Of a stretch of DNA of 64,000 nucleotides, positions 26,803-41,464 are shown piece by piece (positions within the stretch are counted from its first letter, which is position 1; the number at the start of each line of letters is the position of its first letter). The notes beneath the pieces were generated by a model. It saw nothing but the letters and a program-made list of their open reading frames with translations, had not been told where the DNA came from and searched no databases. The position numbers and the translations under genes are program-made. Source of the stretch: Eledone cirrhosa (taxonomy: Eukaryota); assembly GCA_964016885.1 (NCBI GenBank), contig OZ024750.1:31310001-31374000 (forward strand). The letters are read 5' to 3'.

Positions 26803-27639
26803 TTTGTTATAGATTGTTTCCGATGAAGACGGTTTAATCGAATCCATGTATTATATCTGATAGTATAGTTTGTTTCGTTGATGATTAATACCCTTTTATG
26901 ATGTGATAACCCCGTAACTTCTGATGGAGTCGTAGTGGTACCATAGTTGCATACATTTCTTCCAGAAAATGATTGAGAGTGCGGGAAAGAAAGTGAGAAA
27001 GAGAGGTAGATGAAGAATCGACCCCAGTACTGGAATGATATTTATTTATCGACCTCGATATGATGAAAGCCAAAGGTAAAGTCGGCGGGATTTAAACTCA
27101 GAGACCAGGAACAAATGTCACAAGCATTATATCTGAGGTTTTAATAACCCTGCCAATTCGCCGCCATTAACTGAATCAAATGTGTAATTCATATTGGTTA
27201 AATAAGTCCTCCCCACTGCAGAATTCTTACAACATAGTCTTGCTACATATTTCCAAGTGTTCTACTTAATTACTTGATATATAGTAATATGTATATTGAG
27301 CAGTTCACCACATGGATCAAAACACAAGTCATCGACCTTACGACTGGTACTACGACTTCATGTCGATTTGGTAACTGTAATTCTATTTAAGAAGATTAAA
27401 AAATGAGAGCATATGCTTTTGCAAAGAAATGCGGTCGTTTTCATTGAGAAGAAAAATAAATAACTATCTGTGTAAGGAATTAAAAATTGTGACATTTTCT
27501 TTTCTCCTCAAAACCACCAACAGTGTGAGTGCAACGATCTCCATCACAAAATATCGTGAACTTGACCTTCTTTAAATTTACGTTCACTCTTCACTATTTG
27601 GCATCATGTTTTATTGTTTGAAATGAGGACATTACAAAT

Positions 27640-28010
27640 GAAGTGACGCTCGGAGATCAGAGAGTCACTCCAAATGAAATGATAGCTCGGAGATCAGAGA
27701 GTCACTCCAGGTAGAGCCACTACTTCTCCGAATTGAGAGATCACAGCTCCGATAGTATGGGCATGTCGTTAGAATGTCTCAGGAAAGAATCGTTGGGCAG
27801 ATTTTACAAGCAAAACCAATTGGCAGGACACCCAGTGGTAGACCCCAAACAAGATGGTTAGATTACATCCATGAGCTTGGCTGATCTCGTTTGGGAATCC
27901 AGCCGGAACAGTTGGAGACAGCTGCTTCTGACAGGACCTGCTGGAAGGGATGTTTGAGGACTCTGCCCCGACGACCCTCTCGGGGATAAATGGCTGAAGA
28001 AGAAGACAGC
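27640..28010 (+). mobile_element. RTE-clade LINE 3' end
   Basis: EIRESLQVEPLLLRIERSQLR*YGHVVRMSQERIVGQIL...GRPQTRWLDYI, ends in a (GAA)n tail; short 5' duplication. Confidence 0.85.
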
Positions 28011-28117
28011 TTATTTTAGAAAGTCCTATACATTACACTATATTCTGAGTTTGCTACATTTCTCCGTTGTCGGACTACTATGCATAAATGTCGGCAGTTC
28101 GTTAAAAATACAATGTA

Positions 28118-28468
28118 CCGTATTTACTGGCCGTATTTACTGGACGCATATTTAGAAAAAAAAAAAACATACACAATTCCCCCTGCCTAAAATACGCCTG
28201 TGTCATCGATGGAAGACCGAAGGGAGAATGAGGGCAATCATGGTTAAAAAGGTGTAGTTTGTATTACTATTAATATTACAAATAGCAATACAAACTAATT
28301 AGATATTGAGGACTTAGGAAATGTGTAGATGTACAATGAAAAAAATAATGAAATAATTTTTGATAAATCTATGTAGATATGTACTAAAATTCATGTTTTT
28401 CCAAAATGTCTTTGTAAAACTAAAGGACGTCTTATACGAAGATACGTCCAATAGGCTAGCAAATACGG
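28118..28468. mobile_element. Tc1/mariner-superfamily (Tc2/pogo-like) MITE
   Basis: TA|ccgtatttactggcc... and ...ggctagcaaatacgg|TA; imperfect TIRs with TA TSD. Confidence 0.7.
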
Positions 28469-28585
28469 TAATTAGTCAAAGAATTCACCATGTGGTACAT
28501 TAAAATCACACCGCATCTTCAGATAATCAACGCTCCGATAAAGTAATGCAAGTTTATAATCCAGTAAATATATTGTATGAAATAA

Positions 28586-28773
28586 TAATTGTTTCTACTT
28601 TAGACACAAGGCCAGCAATTATCCAGTGCATTACTGGTACTTTATTTTATCGACCCCGTAAGGATGAAAGGCAAAGTCAACCTCGGCGGGATTTGAACTC
28701 AGATCGTAAAGGGACGTAACTATGCTGGAAAGCATGGCGTCCGACCCTCTCCCGATACTGCCATTCCACCGCC
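28586..28773 (-). mobile_element. tRNA-derived SINE, family A, with long TSD
   Basis: Full copy; TSD tatattgtatgaaataataat. Confidence 0.93.
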
Positions 28774-29124
28774 TTATATTGTATGAAATAATAATAGGGT
28801 TTCATAATTAGTTAGTAATTAATAAGATTCCAGAGGTTTTAAGAAATGTTATGCATTACTTTGGATTCATTATAGAAGCTGAATCACATCAATGGAAATA
28901 GGAATTATGTACAGATTTCCTCTCTATCTTTCTCCCTCCCTCTCCCCCTTCATTCTCTTTCTCTCTCCAATCACCTTCCCTCATATACTCTCAGTTTTAT
29001 CATTTCTATCTCTCTGGTAGTAGTGTATCACTCTCTCTGTATACATAGTGTATTTCTCTTCTTCCGCCCGTCTGTGCATTTCTCTTTCTTACTCTCCGAT
29101 AGCATATCCTTCTTCCTCTGTAAT

Positions 29125-29144
29125 TGTTTGTGTGTGTATGTGTG

Positions 29145-29186
<42 letters not shown>

Positions 29187-29722
29187 CACACACACATATA
29201 CATACACACACACATATATATATACACAAACACATATATATATACACACACACACATATATATATACACACACACATATATATATACACACATATATATA
29301 TATACCTACACATATATATATATATATATATTTATATTTATGTACACACACATATATATATATACATACACACACATACACACATATATATATACACACA
29401 CACATATATACACACACACACACGCACATATATTTATATATACATACAGACACACACACATATATACATACACACACATATATAATCATACACACACACA
29501 TATATATATACGCACACACACATATATGTATGTATGTATATAATATATATATGTATATATATTGTGGACTGTTAAAGTATACAGACGTCTTTTTATTTAT
29601 TTCTAATTATTTCTATCTTTTTATTTATTTCTAAGTCAGTAGCAAGCTACACAGCTTTAAAGCCTAGCTGACCGTACACACACACACACATATATATATA
29701 CACACACACATATATGTATATA

Positions 29723-29791
<69 letters not shown>

Positions 29792-29800
29792 TTATATATA
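29125..29800. repeat. Compound (TA)n/(CA)n microsatellite field
   Basis: Direct reading; source of the YI/HT pseudo-ORFs. Confidence 0.95.
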
Positions 29801-29990
29801 CCAGAGTATATATAAAATATACAACTGGCTTTTCCACATAATACATATTGTTAGCACCCCAAACACTTAAATTGGGTTTATATTAAAATATAACCTAATG
29901 TTTGTTGAGTGAGATGGTTACCAGTCAGAGATTAGCTTTAAACTATCTCTGTTATTGTATTAATAATTTATATTTATATATATATATATT

Positions 29991-30022
<32 letters not shown>

Positions 30023-30915
30023 AGAGGTGTGTCAGAAAAGTTCCAGGTCTGATGTCACAAAAGATTTATTTCAAACCCAAATTTCACACTAAGAGTTTTC
30101 TCCTTCAAAGTAATCCCCCTGGAGTCTAATGCACTTTTCCATCCTTTTCTGCCACGCTTGCATGCTCTCCTGGAAGGATTCTTCCGGGAGCCTCCGCAGT
30201 TCCATCGTCCCGGCCATTTTGATGTCGTCCACGTCTTCAAAACGGATCCCCTCCGGGTCGTACTCGAAGATCCATGACTCATCACCGGTGATGACTGTCC
30301 CTAGCAAGTCTGGTTCGGTTTCAAGACACTTGAGGATGTCCTGATACACTTGCATGCGTCGATCCTTCTGGTAATCGTTCAGCAGTTTGGGCACCATCCT
30401 CGCGCAGACTTTCCGCATGTCCAAATCTTCAGTGAGAATCTTCCAGACGCTGTCCCGATTCATGACCAGTTTTTTTGCCATCAGTCGAACAGTCAGACGA
30501 CTATCGCTACGCACCATCTGCCTGACGCGCTCAACGTTGACCTCAGTCCTGGTTGTTGAGAGCCTTCCGCTCCTGGGGTCATCTTCCACGTCCTCGCGTC
30601 CTTCTTTAAACATCTTGCACCACTGAAAAACACGCGAACGTGACATCGTCTCATCTCCATACACTTGCTGCAGCAATCCCAGTGCTTCTGACGGAGTTTT
30701 CAAGTTTGTTCGTTGCTCTGTGCTTATTGCTTGACGACCTGAAACAGGACATGTATATAAAATTATGTAGAAAAAAGTTTGATCGCTGCAGAGAGCTAAG
30801 ATTACAGTTACATACTCCAGAGGGATTACTTTGAAGGAGAAAACTCTTAGTGTGAAGTTTGGGTTCGAAATAAATCTTTTGGACATCAGTCCTGGAACAT
30901 TTCTGACACACCTCG
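30023..30915 (-). mobile_element. Mariner (DD34D-type) transposon, internally deleted, ~100-bp TIRs, TA TSD
   Basis: ORF 30089-30886: HTH MSRSRVFQWCKMFKEGREDVEDDPRSGR, MVPKLL, ITGDESWIFEYDPE joined directly to GIRF...GDYFEG; TIR (c/a)gaggtgtgtcagaaa... Confidence 0.93.
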
Positions 30916-31674
30916 TATATATATTTGTAGCTACGTATTTTCCTACAAACTCGTAAGTACGTTTTTTTTAAACTACAGATTATTATATACACTCGTTTTT
31001 CCTTTAATATCTTCAAACAACGAAATAACCAAAAACTCACATCCATAAGAGAGAATATATATACATATACATATATACACTTCTTTAATATCATCAGATA
31101 ACCAAAGGCTCACTCACATAAGAAAGAATATACACATATATCTAAAAACACAAAAAAAAACATGATTACTAACCAGCAGGCCTACAACATACGAAATTGG
31201 TTTGATAATGAAATTGACCTCTTAATAACCGCATAGGTTTCTCTCGCGCAAACAATAAACATTGACGCTTCGTGTCCTAATGAGATTGCTGAAAAAACAG
31301 CGCAAACATTCACTACAAGGTCTGTTAAGCAGATACACAACAAACTAAAACATGTCGAAGTCTCTTTCAAACTAATTCAAAACCATTTTGAAAAACTTCG
31401 ATATATCTAAATTATAATAAAGTAAGGAGTGCGGGACTGCGTCCAGAATATATTTGTTTTATCCTGTTTGTAAAATAAGTTGGATTACTTTGAATAAATA
31501 ATGAATGATATAAATAATTTTGTTGCTTATTTTAAGATTCACTTCTTTAAAATTTTTAAATGTCAACACTTCCGGTTGGCCATCGCTTAAATAAACATAT
31601 TAATTTTCTGTCACTAATGTTCTCCTAATGCAGTTTATATATAATATCGTCTTTTTTAATGTATCATGGATTAC

Positions 31675-31840
31675 GTTACTGATTACATAAGACAGTGTAA
31701 CACAGTCTTCGTTCAATTTCTGTGTATAGTGTCAATTACGATTTTATTTGATGCATCATATCTACATGTATATATACCTGCGTATAATATCAATATACAC
31801 ACTACACATGCTAACAGCGAGAAAATCAAGAGCCACTCCT
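31675..31840. repeat. Dispersed repeat, inverted homolog of the internal part of the 58222-58510 Helitron-like element
   Basis: gttactgattacata...gcagt/acagtcttcgttcaa...gcgtataatatcaata..cacactacacatgcta matches the reverse complement of 58255-58396. Confidence 0.75.
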
Positions 31841-32849
31841 AAATTCCGGCATAATAGCTGATTTACTGAACAATAGTATCTCTTTACCGCTCTCTCTCTC
31901 TCACAGCAAACCACATTTAGCATCGTCGCCATCATCACCACTACTGCCGCCATCGTCATTTGCCGTATCAACCGCTGGTAGTGGACCACTGCTTTCTCTT
32001 TCCACCACTCTCACAGCTACCACCACAGTTATCACCATCGTCATCACCACCGCTGCCGCCATCGTCCGATTCCACTTCAACAACTAATAATAATAAACCA
32101 GTGCTTTCTTCCCCCACATCGCCACCACACTCCTGCTGTAGTACAAAGAACCTTAAAAAAAATCTATGAAGCTGAATGCCCCCCCCCCCCACGACTCCAA
32201 CAAGAAACCCCCAAAATATGCCGCTACTCACTACGTCAGAGGCTCTGCACACGTAGCGACTGCATCTTCACTCATTTACCTGGCACTAGACGTACACACG
32301 CTACCAGCCAACGCCAAAGCACGCTTCCCACAATAATATCAACATTAACAACACCAAATAGTAAATTGAAAGCACGCATAAGTCGGAGTCCCAAAATCTG
32401 CCGGCAATCCCGACGCGAAAGACTATGTCTGCTGCGTGACTATCCCTTCACTCATCTTCCAGGGATCCAACGCACTAACAGAAAACGGGCTCCAAGCCAA
32501 CACACAAACCACAATAAAACTACCCCCTGCTGCAGTAATGCTGGTCCAGTCTTTTCACAGAGACACAAATAAAACAACAACAACAAATACAAGAACAACA
32601 AAAGCGGGAACTACAACCCCATCGAAAAGTGTAACCACAATTCCTGTCAAAAGCTGCTCCCTGAACAGGAAAACTTTTCTTTTTTAGCCATGTTGAACCT
32701 GACAAAAGAGATACAGAAAAACCTTTTAGCCATCACCCAACACCATCCTATGATATTACCCCAGTGCACCAACCCCCCACATTGCTGTCACTAACACACA
32801 ATCTCCAAACAAGCCCCCTGCAACAGCCAAAATCAGCCACTACACTAGC

Positions 32850-35365
32850 CTCCACATTTCTACTCAATGCACAAGGTATCAGCCTATCCATCAATGCACA
32901 GAAATGGAAGATCCAATTCGTTGAGGATTGGGTTGGTAATCATCCACTCCACATCCCTTTCTTGATTCTTACTGAGACCCACCCTGACAACTTCCACTTG
33001 GAGGCGAAGTAAAAGTGAGGAATTTCATAACCATCCGCGCGGATCGTGTTGACAGAAGCAAGGGTGGAACTGCCATTTTCCTGTATGATTCCTTTACGGC
33101 AGATGGAAATATCACATTTTCCAACGACTACTGTGAATCAGTCACCGGGTACAACCAAGTTAATGACTTGATAGTGTTTAGGCTCTAAAGGCCACCCGAA
33201 ACACCTCTAATGCGCTTCAAAGAATGCTTCAACAGCATTAAGTGCCTTATTCAACTGTGCCATTCTAGTAACATACTCATGATGGGAGACTTTAATCTAC
33301 CCTGTGTTGATTGGTCAACAAACAGTTTGAAACCAGGCACTCCCACCTCAACCACTGACATAGAAGCAGTCGAGTCACTTCTCGACTTTATTAATGAGTT
33401 TTTCTTGTCCTTGCACCAACAAGGTATCAGAAGAACATATTGGACCTAGTGGTTAGTAACCACACTAACACTATACATAATATTACAGTGGAAAAAACCC
33501 TTCTTTGAAACCTGAGATTCCACAAGCCGAAAGCTAATCCTAGTGACCTCTCTCCAGCCCACCCATTTGATAACATGGATCTCTATAATGCCAATTGGGA
33601 TGCAATCATGAACGAGCTATCACATACTGACTGGTCTTTTACACACACACTCATTTCCACCAACATCAAAACATCTTGGCAGATCTTTGTAGACACTGTC
33701 ACAAATAGATGCGCAAAACACACCACACCAAGACATGTGAACAAAACTAAGTGCAGTATCTCCTAAAACAGAAAAAACTATTATCAAAAAAAAAAAAAAA
33801 AAAATTAACACACTAAAATATTGCCAACAGCAACACACACATTCGACGGCTATCGCACTGCTTGAATCAAATAAATATAACCCTCAACAATGCATGAAGA
33901 CCATCATCAACAACCAAAGAACAGGTGAGGAGAAATGGGTCATTGAGAAAATCAAACTCAACCCCAAAGTGTTCTTTTCATTTACGAAAAGAAAATACAA
34001 GGTCACTGTTTCTTCTGTTGGCCCTCTAATTGATGAAAATGGCACACTCCAAGATAATGCCAAAACCATGGGTGAGATACTTCAGAAACAATACTGCTCT
34101 GTTTTCAGCAATCCTGATATGGCCGATCTGGGCTGTATCAGTGATGTTAATCCCCAACACACTATATTGGACATAACGTTTGGCGCCCTGATGTCCTAGC
34201 TGCAATAAACGTAATTAAACACAATTCAGCAGTAGGCCCCGATATGTTCCCTGCTTGTGTCCTGAAGGTGTGTCGACACCAACTTGCATCTGCTCTTGCT
34301 AATCTGTGGAGGAACTCACTGGATACTGGCTATATTCCTGAAAACTTTCTGTCCCTGTCCGTTGTCCCAGTTTACAAAAAGGGAAACAAATCCCTTGCCG
34401 TGAATTATCGTCAGATCTCACTCACCTCTCATATCATCAAGTTATTTGAGAGGTTGGTGAGATCACGAATAACTCACTTTCTCGAAAGCAATAGACTGCT
34501 GAACTCCAACCAACATGGGCTCCGTAATGGAAGGGATTGCCTAACGCAGCTCCTGCATCACTTTGATGATATTTTGAGAGCTTTGGGAGAGGGCCCCAAC
34601 ACTGATGTCATCTATCTTGATTTCAGCAAGGCCTTTGACAGGGTTGACCATAAGATTCTATTGAAAAAACTATCCAACATTGGTGTCTCTGGAAAGTTAC
34701 TACATAGGATCACATGTTTACAGACAGACTGAGCCCAACATGTTGTAGTCGAAGGAGTAAAATCAAGCCCTGCCAAAGTCAACTGTGGCGTCCCACAAGG
34801 CACTGTGTTGGGCCCACTTCATTTCATCATCTACATTAATGACATTACTGACACCATCAAGCACAGCAACATAAGAATCTTTGCAAATGATTCCAAGCTC
34901 CACAGAGTCATCAATGAGGTGGGTGACCGAACTTGGCTTAAGTCAGACCTACTGGTTGTTATCCAATGGGCAGAAAAGAACAATATGCTGCTGAATGTGG
35001 ATAAGTTCAAGTTAATCCACTTTGAAAAAAAGGATGCCCTGAAACTCTCATACTCTCCTCCTTCAGGAGAAACAACTCTCGTGGCATCCAAAAACATCAG
35101 AGACTTGGGAGTAATTTTCGTACACGAAAAAAAAACCCATGAAAGTTGAAGCACGTCAAGGGTCAATTACAAAAAGGATAGATGTCATGACAGGCCTTGA
35201 CTATTGGTGTCGATTAGAAAAGCTCAACATTTATTCTCTCCAACGTCACCGCGAGCGCTTCATTATCTGCATGATGTGGAAAATATTCAATCAGCATTGC
35301 CCAAATGATGTTGGCATCACCTTTAAGGTACACCCAAGGCTTGGGGCCCGTACTATCCACTCATG
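32850..35365 (+). pseudogene. CR1/L2-group LINE ORF2 (APE endonuclease + reverse transcriptase), multiple stops and frameshifts
   Basis: APE motifs LNAQG, ILTETH, GGTAIF, MGDFNLPCVDW; RT motifs YRQISLTSHIIKLFER, QHGLRNGR, YLDFSKAFDRVDH, GVPQGTVLGPL, FANDSK (catalytic D lost). Confidence 0.93.
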
Positions 35366-36520
35366 ACACGACTCGCATGATGACTGGTGTCTCCGGTCTG
35401 AGCACCGCAAACTTTCCCCCTCTCTCTCTCTCCACATGCACACACATATATATTATAGCACAATATATGTGTGTGTGTGTGTCCCCTGTATTGTATGTCA
35501 TGAAGATAAATATTGTTGAATTAAATTGGTTAAACCCCAAGATCTAATATGTCGGTGCGAGTTCGTATCATTTCTACGTATAAAATGTAGCCTGTTTTTT
35601 TCAGACGTTTTTGTACATCAATATATACATTACGAAGAACAGTCACAACGTATACAGCCACTCACACGTTATATATCATCATTGTGTGAAACTAACTCTG
35701 ATATTATATAAAATACCTAGGTGTTCTATGGAAGGCCTAAAGGTTTAAGGCAATGTATTTATATGCACGTATTCTATTACTTAGTTAATCTACAGAACGC
35801 CAAAGAAATTTGTACATTGAATTTAATTTCATACCTTGCCTTAAGGTTTTAGACAGCCTGTCATATATTTGACTATTCTACATAATGCCGGATTTCCAAT
35901 GTTGCTGGTAACATATATACGAAAATATATATGAACATATATCAGAAAACCGTCTCCAGGCAGGTGTTGCTGTTAGTGTTATTATATATATTTTATATAT
36001 TGTTATTTGATGTCGTGACAGAAAGGGCACTGACGCTTTCAAGAAGCTGTATAGATTATAGCTATCACAGCTCACTGGCAAATGTAATATACGGAATACA
36101 TAGTTTTAATTTAGTGACTTGGTATTTTATATATTTTAGTGTTGTTATAAAGAATGAAACACAGAGAAATAGTACTATATACATTCTTAATGATAGATTA
36201 GAGAGTTACATAGTATATTTTGGTTGAAGGCGAGCAAACACTATTTGGAAATAAAGTTGATACACACTTGTGTACTGAATATACGAATTACAAGAAGTGT
36301 ACTTAATACTCAAGCATAATAAAACGATATCATGCTCAGGAATTGGTCCTCACCACAGGAATATATCTAACTTAAAATCGATAATAATTATTTTCACAAG
36401 GTCGACCAAATATATTCCGGGAGACCTCTTTCTTTCCAGCCACTGTCATAGTAAGAAACTCTCTCGAGAGCTGCACAGCAGGTCTTCAGAGGTGAAGCCG
36501 CCATAACAATGAAAACATTT

Positions 36521-36650
36521 CCTTTTATCTACCCCGTAAGGATGAAAGGCAAAGTTAACCTCGGCGGGATTTGAACTCAGATCATAAAGGGACGTAACTC
36601 TATGCTTCAAAGCATGGTGTCCGACCCTCTACCGATACTGCCAATCCACC
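36521..36650 (-). mobile_element. Family A SINE, partial
   Basis: Core plus tRNA head. Confidence 0.85.
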
Positions 36651-37452
36651 TATAGAATTACAAAATAATGATCCGCGACCTCACTTATTTGTTACATAGC
36701 ATACGAAATAGAAAATAATTATTTCCATCCTCACCTGTCGACTACCCTAGTCGACTACCTGGTGCTTAACAATTATAAGCAACTACGAAGACTATTAAGT
36801 TTGTATAACCTCTATTCTAAATGGGTATATAATTTCTCAGAAATAATTCAAGGAGCCCCTACTAGCTCCTAATTTGCTCTACAAACTAAAAACTACAAAA
36901 GGAAAACAATTAATTTGCTCAAAACCTCAACTACTAATGTCTCGCACTCAGCTATCTTACCTGGAAGTATTGTATTTGTTCAACCTGATTGATTTAGAAA
37001 TACAATTGCAGTTTTCCTTTCTTAGTGTAATAAACTTGTCGCGTTCTTCTCCACAACTCTCTCAAACAAAATCTCTCATCAGAAGAAAAGGTTATAGCTA
37101 TTATAGAAAATGTTATGAAATGTCCAACCTTTTTATTTCGTAGCTGACATTACACGCTGATAAACAAGTTATTTTAGTCATATGCAGTCACAAAAGTTGA
37201 CAAACAACGCAATATGGTGGGGTTCGTTAAAGAATTGCGCAATAGCTATGTCATCTGAGACATACAAGACGAGAAAATGTAACTGCTCATCGTTTTACAA
37301 TATGGCTTCCGTATACCGTTCCTACACCAATGTGATACTGTCTACTCCTTGGAGTGAGTTACATACACATATAGACAGGTATATATAGACACATACACAC
37401 ACGAACACTATATATATATATATATATATATAGACACATACACACCCACCCA

Positions 37453-37502
<50 letters not shown>

Positions 37503-37504
<2 letters not shown>

Positions 37505-37575
37505 TTATTAAAATAACAGATTAAAGTTTAAGCAACAAATTGCTGCTTTCACCCTTAACGGGATCTTCTGTAACT
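37503..37575 (-). mobile_element. Solo 3' tip of the Penelope-like element at 51762-53045, inserted in (TA)n
   Basis: Reverse complement matches 52971-53044 (cagaagatcccgttaagggtgaaagcagcaat...ttattttaataaat). Confidence 0.85.
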
Positions 37576-37655
37576 ATACGTATATAAAAATATACCTATA
37601 TATGTATGTATATAATAATAATAATTATAATAATAATAATAAAAATAATAATAAT

Positions 37656-40536
37656 GGTTTCTTTATTGGCCACAAGGGCTAACATGAAGAAAAACATTAG
37701 AGACGGCACAGAACAGTACAGGACGGTACAAAGTGTGTTTTGGTCGTGTAAACAGGTTATAACAAAATCGGGCTAGAAATCAAAAAAATTCAAACAACAA
37801 AAATTCCTCAAGAAGAGGGAAAGCTCCGAGGGTCACTCCTGGTGATAACCACACGAAACACCACAGCCAGCCTGGCCACCAGGCGCATACTCAGAGCGGG
37901 CCCGTTCACTCGAACCAGACTCGCGACTTTCACCCACCTTTCAACAAACTTACTAGAAGATAGCACTTGCCTCTCCACCCTTATTTTCCCCTTCAAGTGA
38001 AACTTGAAAAAGTTAATCAGGAATTCGCCGGAGAGGAGAGTGTTGTCTTCAGCCCATTCAACCTTGTCCACCATACAATCTCTTTCGCCATGGCCACCAG
38101 CCAGATGAAAACTGCCTGCCCTTCCTTCTCTTTAAAGGAGGATGGCGGGGCTATCTGCACAATGGACTCAGTCGATAACCGGATCCATCCTACACGCGAC
38201 AGCAGCTGTTCGACATAGCTCCGCAAGTCAGCAATCCTCGGCCACCACATATATGTTTAGTGACCTAGGTCGTTGAGCAGGTGACCCTGCTTCCAAGATG
38301 ACCCCAGACCACATACATTTATACTGCCTATTCTAAGTACGGCCATGTTGGATGAGAAACGGGGTAAGTGAGAAAGGATCACTTACCTTGATCGTGTGGG
38401 GAAGGGACAGTAGAACCGTCCCTTTGGCTGGTCATAGGTGTTTCCAAGATGATGTCGGTGTATATCCTTGGTAATTGATCCTCTGAAGTTCCAACTGCGT
38501 TGGGGAATTTTTCTTTTAAAAGTTTATAATGTTCTATTTTAATTTCAATGATGTTTATATTTTTATCTGGAGAGTTCTTGGTGTTGGTGGGGTGTAGTAA
38601 TTTTTTTTGTGATGTCTGTGTGCTGCTTTATATGTTGTAAGAGTTATTTATTTGCCATGTTTATGGCTGTGTACTTTGGAGGGGGGGCGGGGTGCTGTTT
38701 ACTTGTTGCTGTTGGGTGTGTGTGCTTTGTTGTGTTTGCGATGTTGGTGTTTTTGGTGATGCTGGTGGTCATGTGGTTTTTGTTGGTGGTGATGCTTGTG
38801 GTGGTGATGGTGATGGTGGTGGTGTTGCTGCAAGTCTCCTTGCAGCCTTTACCACTCTTCGTTTGCCTTCGCTATTGGAGGGTGAAGCTAAGGTGTTTTT
38901 TCGCTTGTTTTTGTGGCATATCGTTTGCCACTTCCCTCCCGCGTCATACTCCATGTCGAATTCCGTGGCGTCTGGAAGGGGTATGAGCTCCACTTCTGTT
39001 GGTGGTGGTAGTGGAGCCCGCTCCGGCGATTTTACCGCTGGTGTAGCTACTGCGACTGCTGGTGTTGCCGCCACTGCCGCCGCTGATTTAGTTGTCCGTG
39101 GCCTTGGTATGGGTGCCACGGACGTTGCCCTCCTACTCACTATGGAAGGGTCTTCTGCCTCTGTTGCCTGCCCTGCTCTTGGTAGCAGCGGATCAGGTGT
39201 CGGAAGGAGGGGTCTCTCTTCTTGGCTGTCTTCTGCAGGCAGAAGGCCCTGAGGTAACCCTTCTGCCCACAGAAATAGCACTTAAGGCGCCTTACTTCCA
39301 CGCTTATAGGGAGTTGGAGTCCTTCCTCGAGGTCTATGATATCTGAGATGACCTCGATGCACTCCTGGTCAGTTTGTATTAGCATTTGCATGCCTATTCC
39401 TGACCAGTTCTTTCTTCCCATTCTCTGTATTTGTAGTATGGTGGTCTTCTCATATATTCCAGCAAGTACAGACGTGGTAGCCAAGGTATAGGCACGTCGG
39501 GAGGGACCTGGGTACTTTGACCCTCACAATTTTTTGCTCGCAGTAGGAGGGCACGAAGACTATCTCCTCACTCTTTAGGGTTTCCGAAGAGTGAGACTTC
39601 GCCTCTTGGGGGGGGGGGGTACGTCTACTGTGGCATACTTTTTGCCTCGGGTGATGTGGGCTTTGTGCACCCAGACGCACTCCAAGGCCTTTTAGATTTG
39701 AGCCTCCGTGGCTCCCCTCACCCGATGTGACATTTTGCTTACGATGCGGTACGTCATTATGCGTAGCTGCTGGTCCTTGAAGAAATTGGGTGGAGGTTTC
39801 AGGGTAATTCTATTGTCATTTCTTGTCACCATGGCTCTATCGACTGCCATCTCCTCCTCCGTGACTAGCACCGTTTCTATGTTTCGGGCCACACCTGCGA
39901 AAGAAGTGGTCCCTTTTTCAGCGGCACCATAATTGTTGCTGCTACTGCTGCTACTGGTCTTGTTGTTGGTGCTGTTGCTGTTGCTACTGCTAAAAACGGT
40001 GGTGTTGGTGTTGTTGGTGCCACCGTTGTTGTTGTTGTTTTCGGTGCAATTTGTATTGCTGCTGTTGGTATTGTCGTTGTTTATTTTCTTGTTAGTGGTG
40101 TTAATATCGTTGTTGCGGTTGTTGTCATTTTTTTCTGTTGCCTGCATTTTGGTTGTCGCTGTTATTGTTATAGTTGGTGTGGTAATCTTTTTAAAATTAG
40201 TGTTCTCAGTGTTGTTGTCTTTGTTCCCGTTGTTTGTGGTGGTGTTTGTTGTATCAATTTCTGTAACCCTCCTCTCAACTTTTACACCGATGTCACACGA
40301 CAGCAGACATATTGCTGGGGGGCGTGGCTCAGCCATGTTTTTAAAAAAAAAACTTTTTAAAAGTAAAATGTTCAGATATTTGGGCCAAAAGGCCCAAATA
40401 TTATAGTTTCCCCTTCACAGGGCAAAGTCCAAGGGCTTATATTCTTTACACAATAAGAAAGATTTAACAACAAATAATTATAACAGGTAAATAAAGCGAC
40501 TTACTGGGAGCGAGCAAAAAGACGTCTGAACAGACC
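37656..40536 (-). mobile_element. Tx1/L1-like non-LTR retrotransposon: decayed ORF1, most of ORF2 deleted, flanked by (AAT)n
   Basis: ORF1 pieces 39692-40336, 39140-39484, 38769-39281 with gag knuckle CYFCGQKGYLRAFC; ORF2 C-terminus AKEIVWWTR...FFKFHLKGKIRVER...FVERWVKVA; AATAAA then (TTA)n at the 3' end. Confidence 0.8.
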
Positions 40537-40544
40537 AATAATAA

Positions 40545-40642
40545 TAATTGTTTCTACTTTAGGCACAAGGCCAGCAATTACCCAGTGCGTTACTGGTACT
40601 TTATTTCATCGACCCCGTAAGGATGAAAGGCAAAGTCAACCA
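40545..40642 (-). mobile_element. Family A SINE, 5'-truncated
   Basis: Tail and core only, within (AAT)n. Confidence 0.85.
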
Positions 40643-41464
40643 ATAATAATAATAATAAGGGTTTTTATCGATATCCAGTGATTTCGATCTCATTGTTACA
40701 ATTACATATATACATATATATAAACAGTATATAGCAATATATTACCGAAAGCAACGTGCTGCTCCTCTAAACATTTAAAGATATGTGTTCGCTTGTGCAT
40801 AAAAAGCGTAAATCGCTGGTCATATATTACATGCTTGAATAACAATTTATGAAACAGCCTGAAGTATGCTATAGAATCCCTACACATTAATATAATACAA
40901 CAGTGGTTAGCAGGGTGAAAGTTTTGTTGATACAAAGTTGGCAAATATTGATATAAATGAAATTTTACGTTGAAAGTTGTTTGGTTGTAGAAAAGAAAAG
41001 AAAAAAATAGATTTTATTTACTGAGCACTCCTTATAGATAAATATTAATGGCATGGAATTTCGGCTGAGTAAGAAATACGTTTAGTTTGTTATGATACAT
41101 ATCAAAAGTCATATTTTCTGTTAAATTATTATTTTTTCCCTCTCCCAATTCGGTTACTAACTTTTTGATATCACTTTCATTTTATCCTCTTAATATTCCT
41201 TTTGTATTAAACACTGGTTGATTTCATCTCGTGTCGTTATTTTCTTAGTTCCAATCCAATCCAGGGCCATCTCACTTCCCTTCAGGAACCTATCCTTGGT
41301 TAACCTCTATCGCCTTCTGTTTGGAGTTCTGAGGAGTTCATCACCCTTTTAACAGCTCTTGTTTTTTTTTGTGCTGCTAGGGTTCCACGAATCCTCCACA
41401 TCATATCTTCTTTGATACAGTCGGAAATAGATTATTCTCATTCCGTTATTACTTGTAATAGTTA

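Noticed and set aside
29006-29846. YI/HT-rich ORFs (also 16311-16721, 51075-51817, 57309-58207)
   Set aside because: Microsatellite translations, open because these repeats lack stop codons
38609-40406. Hydrophobic plus-strand ORFs resembling membrane proteins
   Set aside because: Antisense of the low-complexity Tx1-like ORF1
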